DNA of 64,000 nt from Octopus sinensis (Eukaryota). This document shows positions 53,235 through 64,000 of the stretch, piece by piece. The notes under the pieces were generated by a model. The model had not been told where the DNA came from. It did no database searches and worked only from the letters and a program-made list of their open reading frames with translations. How positions within the stretch are numbered: the stretch's first letter is position 1; every line of letters begins with the position of its first letter. A program made the translations under genes and the position numbers. The stretch lies in contig NC_042998.1 of the NCBI RefSeq assembly GCF_006345805.1, positions 138,942,001-139,006,000 of the forward strand, written 5' to 3'.

Positions 53235-54576
53235 TGTATCTAAGAAATAAAAACATATTTTTTAAATGTCAAACAGCATAAATCTTATTATATAAGAAAT
53301 ATGACAGTAGTTAAGGTGCTAAAGGTAAGCAATGCAAAACAACTTACTGCAAATATTATATAGATGCCTTAAGTAAGGTCTTTGAAGCAGTCTGCAGAAA
53401 ACATAACTCTCTGTCACTTCCTTTTTTTCGGAAACATTATTTTTTTTTATAAGAACTGCATTTCACTGCAGAACTATCTAGCATTAATTGATGTAATGCA
53501 TATATATCAAATCCTCGACTTAGGTAAGTAGAGTAATCCCTTGCGATGTTAAAAGCAAGATTTAAACTCTCTGCCAATCTAGTGTCTTATAAAGAAGTTT
53601 TTTTTTTATCTGGATCACAAGACAAACACTCAGCACAGAATCAACAGTACAAATGCTGATCCAATGGACTGATGTTTCACAAACCATGCTCAGGGTGATT
53701 TTAACGTATTTATTTAGAGGGAAAAAACAAAATGCCAAATTGACCAAAATTGTGGACCTACTTAGAGTGGGACCATCAATTCATAAATTTTCTGTATTCA
53801 ATGCCCATTTTATTTATCATATAGAGTAGCATAACTAGAGTTTGTACAATTTGGATTGTCTTTGACTTTGGCTCCAACCCATGAAAAACACATGATAAAG
53901 ATTTCTAATTTAGGTACAAGGTGAACAGTTTTTAGGAGAGGGGTTTAGTTAATACCATCAACCCTAGTATTTGATAGGTACTATATTTTATCAACCTCAG
54001 AGGGATGAAATACAAAGGTGACTATGGCAGAATTTGAACTCAGAACATAAAGAAAAGAACTGGAACAAATGCTACAAGGTATTTTTTTCTGATATTCTTG
54101 TGATTCCTTTGCAGCAATAGTCATCAAAAGTGCCATTATCCCAAAAATGCCACTCACAGTGGGCCACATCCTTTAGCTTTCTATTATTATTAATAAATTT
54201 CACTTCAATGCAGATGATATCACTTTACCCCTTCCTTATCTTCCTACATACAAGCTTTGTACATGTGCAGCCTAGACACTTCATGTCAAACCTATCTCCA
54301 ATGGGTACACAATAAGCTGGTCTCCTTCACTACATATATCAAAAAAACAGTATTGAACCTTTTCCCTTCTAGTCTTGAAGAACAGACAATTAAACTCCTT
54401 AAAGAAGCAACGTATGCAATGTATTACAATTACAAGCAACCTTTCCAACATAGTAAACACTTTACCCTAAATACTAACCAGAAAGATGATTCAATTCTGA
54501 ACACCTTTTGAACCTCAATAATGCTCAAATAAGACTCTGCAACAGTTTTTTTATTTCCCCAAGTCATTGATACATA

Positions 54577-55842
54577 CCGTAAAAACTCATCTAATTTACA
54601 CACCTTTTTTTTTTGCAAAAATAAAGATAAACTTAAGGGGGTGCGTAAATTACATGAGTAGATCATTTCCAGAATTTTGTTTTGAAATTTTTTTTGTTGA
54701 AAAGAAATTTACAAAACAAACATTTGTATCGGAAATTGACTCACTTAATGTCAGAATAGGTTTTTACAGAATAAATAATGGCTTAAATATAACGAAGTTG
54801 ACTTTTATTTATGCTGGATGGTATAATGCTTACTTTTTCAATATAAATTTACTAAAACCATTAAATGGTTAACTACTCTTTGAAGTCTGATGTTCATGCT
54901 GTTAAACACGGTCTAGGCCATATTTTACATTGCTTGGGGTTTCTACCTATCACAATAAAGCACCATTGACATACATAGCAATATGAATATTCCTGACTGA
55001 AAAAAATGTAATGATATGGATAATCTTGATTGTATGTTTTTATTTTTGTGTTTATTACTAGGCACAGTTTGTCGTATTGTTTATACAAATTTCAAACATT
55101 GGCTTCATTAACATTAAAATGCCTTCTGCTAGCTCTATTGCCACATTCAAATGCATATTCAACATATTTAAATTCTCCTTTGCAATAAGCAATTCATAAG
55201 TTCTGCCCATACTGACAATAATGGTAATGACAAATTTTTTAATTTGCTTGACATTTTATAAGTGTGAAAGGGAATAAAATTTTGATACTCCGTATCAAAG
55301 GTTCCAACAAGAATAGGCAGAAAAGAATTCTGTTTGCATAATCAGTTGCTTTCCTCTGCCAGTTGAGTAAAGTGTCATCTAAGCTGGTGTTTATTGGTAG
55401 TTAAAATTAATTTGCAACTCCTGTGCATATTTATCAGCTTTGTTTTTGTTGATAATTCTTATCAACAACTTTTCCTGTGATCATGATTTGAGAAGACATA
55501 CAGCAGTATGCTAAAGATCAGACAATCGCTTGTGGGCAAGAAATGAAAAATAAAGTTCATTATAAACAACACAAACACTTAATAATTTAACAGTTTTCAA
55601 TATGATACCTGTTAAACAGAAATTATTTTTATTCAATGAAAGTTTAATAAAATCTAATCATAAGTAAGTGAAATTATACTAAATACAACTAAATTGAAAA
55701 CATTCTTCTCCTGGCCATATTGGCAATTCTGAAAACATTTTGGTGTGAATTTTAGATGAGTAGAAGCTTTTTTTAACAAATTTTATTCTGAAAATTACCA
55801 GCGTAAATTACACATGTGTGCAAATTACATGGGTTTTTACGG
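54577..55842 (-). mobile_element. pogo-family DNA transposon, internally deleted
   Basis: TIRs CCGTAAAAAC.CAT.TAATTT / AAATTACATGGGTTTTTACGG with TA on both sides. Decayed brinker-type HTH (YVEYAFECGNRASRRHFNVNEANV) at ~55070-55190. Confidence 0.8.
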
Positions 55843-55904
55843 TATATAAAACTACAAAAAGGGAAAACTGAAATGAAAGGAAATATTTCAATTCAGCTTT
55901 TCAG

Positions 55905-55944
<40 letters not shown>

Positions 55945-55948
<4 letters not shown>

Positions 55949-56569
55949 AACTGTGATTGCATCAGCCAAAATGCTTTTATGTTCTGGTTCAAATTCCACT
56001 GAAGTCAACTTTGCCTTTCATTCTTTCAGGGTCAATAAAATAAGTACCAGTTGAGCACTGAGGTCAATGTAATTGACTAGCCTCCTACCCACAGACATGT
56101 CAGGCCTTGTGCCTACAATAGAAAGGATTTAAAGATAGTGAGCTGACAGAATGGTTAGTATGTCAGCCAAAATTCTTAGCAGCATTTCATCCATCTTTAT
56201 ATTCAAATTCTGCAAAGGTCAACTTTGTCTTTCATCCTTTTGGGGTTGATGAAATAAGTATCAGTTGAACACTGGTGTTGATATAATTGATTAGGCATCT
56301 TACCTGAAATGTCAGGCCTTGTGCTTATAGAAGAGAAGAAACAAATATTATTATTAAGACGGAAAGCTGGCAGAATCATTAGCACACCGGTTGAAATGCT
56401 TAGTGGTATTTCACCTGTTGCAATATTCTGGTTTCAAACTCCGCTGAGGTCAACTTTGTCTTTCATCCTTTCAGGCTTGATAAATCAAGTAACAGCGAAA
56501 CACTGAGGTCGATGAAATCCACTAGTCCCCTACCCACAAATTTCAGGCCTTGTTCTTATAGTAGAAAGG

Positions 56570-56617
<48 letters not shown>

Positions 56618-57470
56618 ATTATTATTATTATAGGTGCAGGAATGGCTGTGTGGAAAGTAGCTTGCTTACCAACCACATGGTTCTGGGTTCAGTCCCACTG
56701 CATGGCACCTTGGGCAGGTGTCTTCTACTATAACCTCGGGCCGACCAAGGCCTTGTGAGTGGATTTGGTAGACGGAAACTGAAAGAAGCACGTCATATAT
56801 ATGTATATATATAGATCCATTGGGCTTCAGCCACACGTGTGTGTGTGTTTGTGTGTCTGTGTTTGTCCCCTCCAACATCGCTTGACAACCGATGCTGGTG
56901 TGTTTACGTCCCCGTAACTTAACGGTTCGACAAAACAGACCGATAGAATAAGTACTAGGCTTACAAAGAATAAGCCCTGGGGTCGATTTGCTCGACTAAA
57001 GGCGGTGCTCCAGCATGGCCGCAGTCAAATGACTGAAACAAGTAAAAGTAAAAGAAGATTATTATTTGTTACTACACCAAACAAAATGCTTAGCAGCATT
57101 TCTTCTACCTTTACATCCTGAGTTCAAATTCTGCCGAGGTCGACTTCGCCTTCTTTGGGATCAATAGAATAGCGTACCTGCCAAGTACTGGAGTCAGTGT
57201 AATTAACTGGATCCCTCCCGCAAAAGTTCAGGCCTTGTGCCTATAGTAAAAAGGATTATTATTATTATTCAGAAACATTACCACACTGAACAAAATGCTT
57301 AGCGTCATTTCATCCAGCTTTACGTTCTAAGTTCAAGTTCCGCGAGGTCGACTTTGTCTTTCATCCTTTTGGGATCGATGAAATAAATAACAGTTGAACA
57401 CTGAGTTGATATAATCGACTAACCCCCTACCTCAAAAATTCAGGTTTTGTGTCTATAGTAGAAAGAATTA
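55945..57470 (+). mobile_element. Head-to-tail cluster of five Nin/Deu-core SINE copies plus one OR-like SINE, separated by (ATT)n
   Basis: Repeated core GAGGTCAACTTTG(C/T)CTTTCATCCTTT.GGGGT.GATAAAATAAGTACCAG at ~55995, 56215, 56445, 57135 and 57345, with tail CAGGCCTTGTGCCTATAGTAGAAAGGATT. Confidence 0.8.
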
Positions 57471-57763
57471 TTTGTCCACATTTTTCACAATAATATACTA
57501 GTTTTTCAAAACATACACGTTTAATTATATTGTGTGTTATTTATGACATTATTTATATATATATATATAATGAAAACTATTTGAAATAAATTATAAAATG
57601 AAAAGATGTTCTGAAAGAGTTTATCGAGGTTTTAACTACATAACAACAATGAACGACAGAAAATGCCATTATTTACATAGCACGTGTTTTAAAATAGAAA
57701 TGACAAACCATATTTGATAGCGGAATATTTATATTCGTGTAGGTGTTTGCTAGTAAGACTTAC

Positions 57764-57860
57764 TGCTGATATTTCGGGCTTATTTTAATTCAGAATCGAG
57801 CTTTTCTATACAAATTTTGATGATGCTATTCACTTTTCTCGGTGATTTCACCGCGTCCAG
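57764..57860 (-). other. DRC3: Probable non-coding first exon (5'UTR) of DRC3; upstream end approximate
   Basis: Coding exon 1 starts with an acceptor, so an upstream exon is required. Strong minus-strand donor CA|GTAAGT at 57763, in a CpG-retaining island just downstream of an X-box. Confidence 0.55.
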
Positions 57861-57862
57861 CT

Positions 57863-57876
57863 GTTGTCAAGGTTAC
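57863..57876. promoter_or_regulatory. RFX X-box (GTTGTCAAGGTTAC / GTAACCTTGACAAC)
   Basis: Minus-strand reading GTAACC-TT-GACAAC fits the X-box consensus RTHNYY-WT-RRNRAC. It sits at the presumed promoter of a motile-cilia gene. Confidence 0.7.
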
Positions 57877-58047
57877 GGGCATATCCGTAGAATATATTTA
57901 GGTTAAAATTTAATTCTGAATAGTTATTTTAAAATTTTATTTTCATAAACCATAATTTATTGTTTTAATTTTAAATAATAATAATTCGTATTTAATGATT
58001 TGTGAAGAAAATATACATTGCTAAAAATAAAAATCAGCAAAATTTAG

Positions 58048-58055
58048 TGACGTCA
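58048..58055. promoter_or_regulatory. Full palindromic CRE (TGACGTCA)
   Basis: Exact CREB/ATF consensus ending 23 nt before the TOM1L2 ATG, within the divergent promoter, in an otherwise CpG-depleted genome. Confidence 0.6.
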
Positions 58056-58078
58056 TTGTATGGAAGTCAAAAATCAAA

Positions 58079-58136
58079 ATGGCAGCTCTGTTTGGACACG
58101 GAAATCCTTTGAGTACTCCTGTCGGACAGTTAATCG
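58079..58136 (+). CDS. TOM1L2: TOM1/TOM1L2 orthologue, first coding exon (MAALFGHGNPLSTPVGQLI+G), start of VHS domain
   Basis: GNPLSTPVGQLI matches human TOM1L2 GNPFSTPVGQCLE and TOM1 GNPFSSPVGQRIE. Start context AAAATGG. Phase-1 donor G|GTAAAT at 58137. Exon 2 (KATDG...) not seen in the window. Confidence 0.88.
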
Positions 58137-61100
58137 GTAAATTTTCTTAAATTTTACAGGTCTTTTTCTATTATTCTTGTATTGACCTTAGTACGCACTT
58201 CAACTGCTTCAAAATAAGCCAATATGTCTTACTGACATGTTTTTTCATCGTTACTTTATTCAATTTCAATGCTAACGACATATAAGAATTTGTCCACAAA
58301 TTGGGGGATTTATTTTACTATAAAATTCTTATTATTAATGGTACCTGAGTTTATAATCATTTTTTTTTATTGAATCTGCCTACTTTCTCTGATTAATTCT
58401 GTCACGCACTAACAGATGGTTTTGGTTCTGCATTCTTGTATTTCACTATTATTATAATTATCATTACTAGTATTATTTCTTTATTGATACTCATACGTTG
58501 CAATTCATTAAATCAGAGCGATTTAATGTTGTTATATTCTAAAGCTATTTATTTACTTGTTTCTGATCACCGTAAAAAAATGGGTTAGCCTGCTTTTAAC
58601 TTTAATGACAATAACATGTCAGTTATATGGAATCTGCGCATTTTAAAGAGATACTTTCGACTTCTAAAGCTATACTGTGTATGTGATTTATTGTACTAAC
58701 CCACATATATAATTTCGATCATCAAATGATGAACCTTCGATCATATATTTGTACTTTGATTTCCTTGTTAAATTCTCGAAACATCTAATTCTAAATTCCA
58801 TCCGATCCTTTCAGTTGATATAAAAATGAAAAAAAAAAATTTTTTTGATAACGCATCGTAGTTATGCTCTCTTGTTAAACGTAGAACCTAAATCGCTTGT
58901 GGGAATTTTAGCATGCCTTCAAAAATGTAATTGGATAGTCTCAGTAAAAGAAGGCGATATTTGAGTATAACGTACCAGTTTCACTTTCCCAAACTTCAAC
59001 TGGTATCAGGTTTGTTTGACGGCCACGGAAGGGTTATTTTTTTCCTCTTTATTGATACTATGCTGTGGCCAGCTCGTTTATCTCAGGGGATATTGTAAGG
59101 TTTTGTTGTTTAAGATGGAAGGGTGTGATTATATCATTTCAGACTGTTTAATAGTTGTTGTTATTTCCATTTAGCTTTCAGTTTGTAAGAACTACTCCCC
59201 CTCAGTTATGTTTGCCGACCACTAGTTGTCATCGTTGTCTGTTTACTACTACAAGTACCTGACTGTAGACAGGCGGATTCTCCTTGGAAATTTCTCTGTG
59301 TTTCTCCATAGCTGTAGATAATGGTCCTATTATCATGCAGGACAGTTCTACATAAATACCGAACATATTTATACATTATACGCTATAACGCCATATTGAA
59401 TGGTTAAGTATTATTATACACTCCCCCTTTAAGGCTTCTGAAAAGACACACTCCATGTTTTGAACACATTGGTATGCTTTCTCAGAAAAGGGCTCTTAAG
59501 AAAAGAAAGGGTTTTGAGATATGTCAAACTAACTGCAAATTGACAAAATATCTTTAAGGTGTGGACGACTACCATTGACAACGCCGTTTACATCATAAAA
59601 CGGTTTCAATAAGAAAAGTATGTTTGTTTGTTTTCTGAGGGCACTTTTTATTGATACAGTTGTTTGATGCGATTTATTTTGGGGTTTATATGGTTATGAT
59701 TAAACGAAAATTACTGGGAAATGCACACTGCACAAGACCAGAACAATTATAGGCGGAGTTTTAGAATAGCATTCACTACATGTGGAAGGAAAAGGGCCAG
59801 GAATCGGGTATTTTCCCCACTTCGTTTTCTTTCTTTCTCCCTCTTTTTTTTTTTTTTTTTTTTTAGTATTCTTGTATTTCATATAACAGGAATTGTGATT
59901 GTGAAAGTATCTTTTTCAAAAATTTCAAATTTTTTTACATTTTTGCTCCCCAAATTCAATGCCCTTTTCCTTCGCCATGAGGTGGTCGTGATAGCTATTC
60001 CGAAACTCCGCCCAGTTTATAAACTGATTATGTTGTATAAGGGCATGTGTGTTGTTGGATTCAGAGCAGTCCGATTGTTATCGGTTGAATCAATCTAGAT
60101 AAGATGAATATCTTATGGTGAAAATAGACGAAATATAGTATTTCTACATAAGGTATATCAGAGGCCAGTGGAGGAGAGACCACCACTTGAAGTGTAACAT
60201 TGAAGGGCGATACATTGCTCGGAAATATTGTTCGTAGATCAAATTATACTCTGGAGATAGATGTTCGTATGATGGAAATATAATTATCAGTCCATGTATT
60301 TGACCACTATATTGTAAACCGCAATAAGGATTTCATAAATCCGGCTAATTGTCCTGCACACAAACAGAATGTTTAATGCGAAGAAAAATTGAATTAAATG
60401 TATTGGTACCTTTGATGAATAGTTACCTGAAAGAATTTAAGTGTAAGCGGCGCATATGAGCATGATGATGGCCAAAGCATTTGAAAATATTGTGACTGTT
60501 AATTCTGGAACATGATCCGTAGATTGTTTATTCATTTCATGAATTAGCTGTTCTGCAACATAAAATTACTTCGATTTACTGTAAATTACAGGGGTCGAGC
60601 ATTGACCGAAAAATTCCTTTCGTTTCTGTAAAAGTATTAATTGCCATAGTGATATTATTTTCATTTGTTTCTAATTCATATTGGTAAAGTATTATTGCGA
60701 AACTGGAACGAATGCTGAAGAAGATCGCTGAGACTAGATAGGAAAGTGGCATTTTGCGTGAATAATTTATCTGGTATTTTTACCTTTAAAAAAGAAGACA
60801 AAAACCAGTCAATTATTTACATATTATAGAACTCATAAACACAAAAAAATATCTTAACTATTTCTGTCGTTTTACCTTACATTGGAGCCTCTATGTGATT
60901 ACCTGACATGCTAAAAATAGCAACCGAGTTTCAGTACAAAAACAACAAAAATGAACAAGAACATGTCAATTCAAGACATTCTGATACAATCATACATTCC
61001 AACAATAACAATACAGTAAAAAAGAAAATTATGAATTGAACCAGTTTGTGCAATTCATTATTTTGTGCACAAAAAATGTGGTTTCCATAGAACACAGAAA

Positions 61101-61396
61101 ACACATGGTTTCAGGTTCAGGCCCATAGTGTGACACCTTGAGCATCTACTGTAGTGCTGCATCAACCAAGCCTTGTTAGTAGATTTGGTTGAGGGAGCCT
61201 GGAAAAAGCTTGTCATATATGTGTGTGTGTGTCCTTGTTTTGACACTGAGGGTTCAGTCCCACTGCATGGCACCTTGGACAAGTGTCTTCTACTATAGCA
61301 TCGGGCCAATCAAATCTTTGTGAGTGGATTTGGTCGATGGAAACTGAAAGAAGCCCGTTGTATATATATATATATATAGATAGATAGATAGATAGA

Positions 61397-62104
61397 CTAG
61401 CTTAAGGTGACCCGCTCTACACACGGGTGACACTGTGGTTGTTACTTTCTGTTGCTTCCTTTCTGTTTCTTATCGCCACATTCTCCCTCTTTGTTTCTCT
61501 ATCCTTTCTTATTTTCCCACTCTCTTACTCTTCCTTTCTCTCAGACTTTCTCTATCTATCTCTCTCCCATTTATAAAAAAATTAGATTTCTGCGTTTAAA
61601 TTACAAATCTGCTTCCATTTTACCATGTTGAAAGTTTGATAGAAATCGGGCAAAAGGTGTCCGATCTAGACAACCAAGTGTCCCCCAAAATCAATAAAAT
61701 CTCAGTTTTCACACCAAAGCAACCACTGTAGCACCACAAAACGTCTCCCAATTTCCCCCCTCAAGTTACCCCTCCTGTAAATTTGAATCCCCTTCCAGCC
61801 CCATTTAGACCCCTTTTTACATAAAAATCCAATTTGTGTCTATGTTTGCCTTCTTCATTTTATAGATAGGATTAGATGCCAATTGCGCCAATCTGGAGGG
61901 GCTTAGAGCCCCCTTGAATCTTCTCACCATAGCAACCGCATCTTTCCAGATGGTGAGTTTTAACCGACTCAACTCTCTGCCTCATCACGCCTTCTATGCC
62001 TGTGTCAATTTTCAGCTCGATCTGACCACTGGTGTGGCCGCCAACCTCTGACGTAGCAAAACGTGCACACAATTTTAACCCAAAGCCTCTTTTATATATA
62101 TAGA
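61397..62104 (-). mobile_element. Non-autonomous Helitron
   Basis: Minus strand: A|TCTATATATATAAAAG 5' end; CCCGTGTGTAGAGCGGG hairpin followed by CTAG|T 3' end. Confidence 0.8.
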
Positions 62105-62129
62105 TAGCAGAGAAACCCAGTCTTGCTCG

Positions 62130-62630
62130 GGATTAAAATAGTTTATCATTGTTTTATTTGTTTCGGTATTATAACTCGATTTCATTCAGGTCTACACGGG
62201 CCACACTTTAAAGATGAGGAATTTTTCCCTAGAAGGCATACCTTTCAATTGAGCAAACTCAAAGTTGCCATGCAAACTCACCAGGACTTTTAACATAGGT
62301 GTGTAAATTTTCAACTGAATCCTACCATATTTACTAACACCTTTTCCTGTATAACTGCTTGTGAGACAACATCTGCCCTTTTCACAAATATGTAGTTGAC
62401 CTACAGAGATACCTGACCCTACATGGATTAAAATAGCATAGTTTTTCATTGTTTTACTTGTTTGGTTAATATAAGCCGATTTCATTCGGGTATAATTGGG
62501 CCACATTTTAAAAGATGAGGAATTTTGTCCTAGACGTCACGCCTTTCATTTGAGGAAAAAAATAGTTGCCATGCAAACTCGCCAGCACTTTTAACATAGG
62601 TGTGCATATTTTCAGCTCAACCGACCACAT
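62130..62630. repeat. Two diverged direct copies (~200 bp, ~295-bp period)
   Basis: GATTAAAATAG...GATTTCATTC.GGT...AAAGATGAGGAATTTT...GTTGCCATGCAAACTC.CCAG.ACTTTTAACATAGGTGTG occurs twice. Confidence 0.75.
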
Positions 62631-62809
62631 AATGCACATATATATATATATATATATATATATAGATACACATTAAATATATATATGTACATATATACGC
62701 ATTATATATGTGTGTGTGTGTGTACGCATTATATATACAAATGTATACAAATTATATATATATATATATAAATACAGATACGAGAAAGAAGCAACAAGAA
62801 TGGATTAGT

Positions 62810-62900
62810 TTTTAGTACAATTGTTTCATACAAAGACAGGCTTTATTACAAGTTGCAAAAATTGCAGCAGATAAAAGTGTCCCGTACTCATCAGCTAAAA
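62810..62900 (-). ncRNA. Type I hammerhead ribozyme, mirror copy in the left arm of the inverted repeat
   Basis: Reverse complement of 63298-63388. Confidence 0.8.
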
Positions 62901-63297
62901 TACATATGAGTTCTCCAGACATCTTAGTGGGTGAGGTTATACTCATGAAATATTGGAGATAATTCCATTAAAGGCAGATATAGGTTGTAAACAGTTTTCC
63001 AAAGTTCCTTAATGATGATGCACAGTCTTATCACAGATTTTTAAAAACTTATTAGTTTCGAAGAGAAGATGAATTAATCCATAGTGTAGATTTAAATAAT
63101 GGATTAATTTACACTATGGATTAATTCATCTTCTCTTCGAAACTAATAAGTTTTTAAAAATCTGTGATAAGACTGTGCATCATCATTAAGGAACTTTGGA
63201 AAACTGTTTACAACCTATATCTGCCTTTAATGGAATTATCTCCAATATTTCATGAGTATAACCTCACCCACTAAGATGTCTGGAGAACTCATATGTA

Positions 63298-63388
63298 TTT
63301 TAGCTGATGAGTACGGGACACTTTTATCTGCTGCAATTTTTGCAACTTGTAATAAAGCCTGTCTTTGTATGAAACAATTGTACTAAAA
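63298..63388 (+). ncRNA. Type I hammerhead ribozyme (Penelope-type), intact core
   Basis: TTTTAG-CTGATGA-G(long stem II)T-GAAAC-AATT-GTA^CTAAAA. Stem I is 6 bp, all core residues are present, loop III is palindromic (ACAATTGT), cleavage triplet is GUA. Confidence 0.8.
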
Positions 63389-64000
63389 ACTAATCCATTC
63401 TTGTTGCTTCTTTCTCGTTTATAATCACCCCACATTACTGTATGGTTAACACCATATAGTTTTTCTGGTGCATCTAAGTTAAGTACCACATTCAAGTAAA
63501 TTCATTGGAATTTACTTGAATCTTAATTGCTTTGATATAAATACAGATATATACACTTTGTATATATACATTATATATACATATTTATATATAGATACAG
63601 ACACACACACACATATATAAATTAACCTAATAAATATCTGGTTCATAATATTTGTTCTCATGATTGGTGGTGGCGATAATAAAACTCTCTATGAATGCAG
63701 ACAGACGTCCAGAGAGAGAGGGGGGAGGCGGTGATAGAAAGAGTGACAGCGCTGGCAAAGGCGGCGGGGGAAAGATAGTAGTAGCTGTTAAACATTGTTA
63801 TAGAGAGAAAGTGATGGGAAGGGAGGAAACAGAGAGACGGAGGAAGACAGGCAGATAAGAGAATGAGAGAAGACTTGTCGAAGTGTGCGTTTTTTGCCCT
63901 AGTAACCACACCTTTTAAGATAGGGATTTCTAACCTAGCCCACTCACATCCTCACCTCATTTTACATGTCCCTGTAAATTTTGGAGTCAATCTGACGTGA

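Larger units (their letters stand above)
62780..63418. repeat. Long inverted repeat: 309-bp arms (62780-63088 / 63110-63418), 21-nt spacer; probable inverted Penelope-like element terminus
   Basis: Arms are reverse-complementary with no mismatch found by eye. Each arm carries a hammerhead. A (TA)n tract lies on the left. Confidence 0.92.

Noticed and set aside
57020-57050. SINE tail AGTC-AAAT-GACT-GAAAC-AA-GTA resembling hammerhead stems II and III
   Set aside because: No CUGANGA in any copy in the window; treated as an ordinary SINE/LINE 3' tail.
62264-62578. X-box-like GTTGCCATGCAAAC twice (62264-62277, 62565-62578)
   Set aside because: The second half-site deviates from consensus, and both copies lie in a duplicated repeat 4 kb from the promoter.

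Overview
AT-rich eukaryotic genomic DNA packed with microsatellites and transposon relics. The repeat complement looks like an octopus/cephalopod genome (inference from SINE/LINE families). Most entries in the ORF track are microsatellite or transposon artefacts. Two host genes sit head-to-head. (1) DRC3/LRRC48 (dynein regulatory complex subunit 3) is on the minus strand: eight coding exons from 53234 down to 16255 (1131 nt, 377 codons, continuous frame), a probable 5'UTR exon ending at 57764, and 3' exons not found in the window. (2) The first coding exon of a TOM1/TOM1L2 orthologue is on the plus strand (58079-58136). Human TOM1L2 and DRC3 form the same divergent pair. The ~300 bp between the genes holds an RFX X-box and a perfect CRE. 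DRC3 intron 6 is a U12-type (minor spliceosome) intron with unusual AT-AT ends. Introns contain R4/Dong-like, Tx1/L1-like, RTE and CR1/L2-like LINE relics, hAT, pogo/Tigger and maT-like DNA transposons, non-autonomous Helitrons and several SINE families. Several Penelope-type type I hammerhead ribozyme motifs occur, including an intact-looking pair inside an apparently perfect 309-bp-arm inverted repeat (62780-63418). All alignments and comparisons were done by eye from memory of the families; no database search was run.
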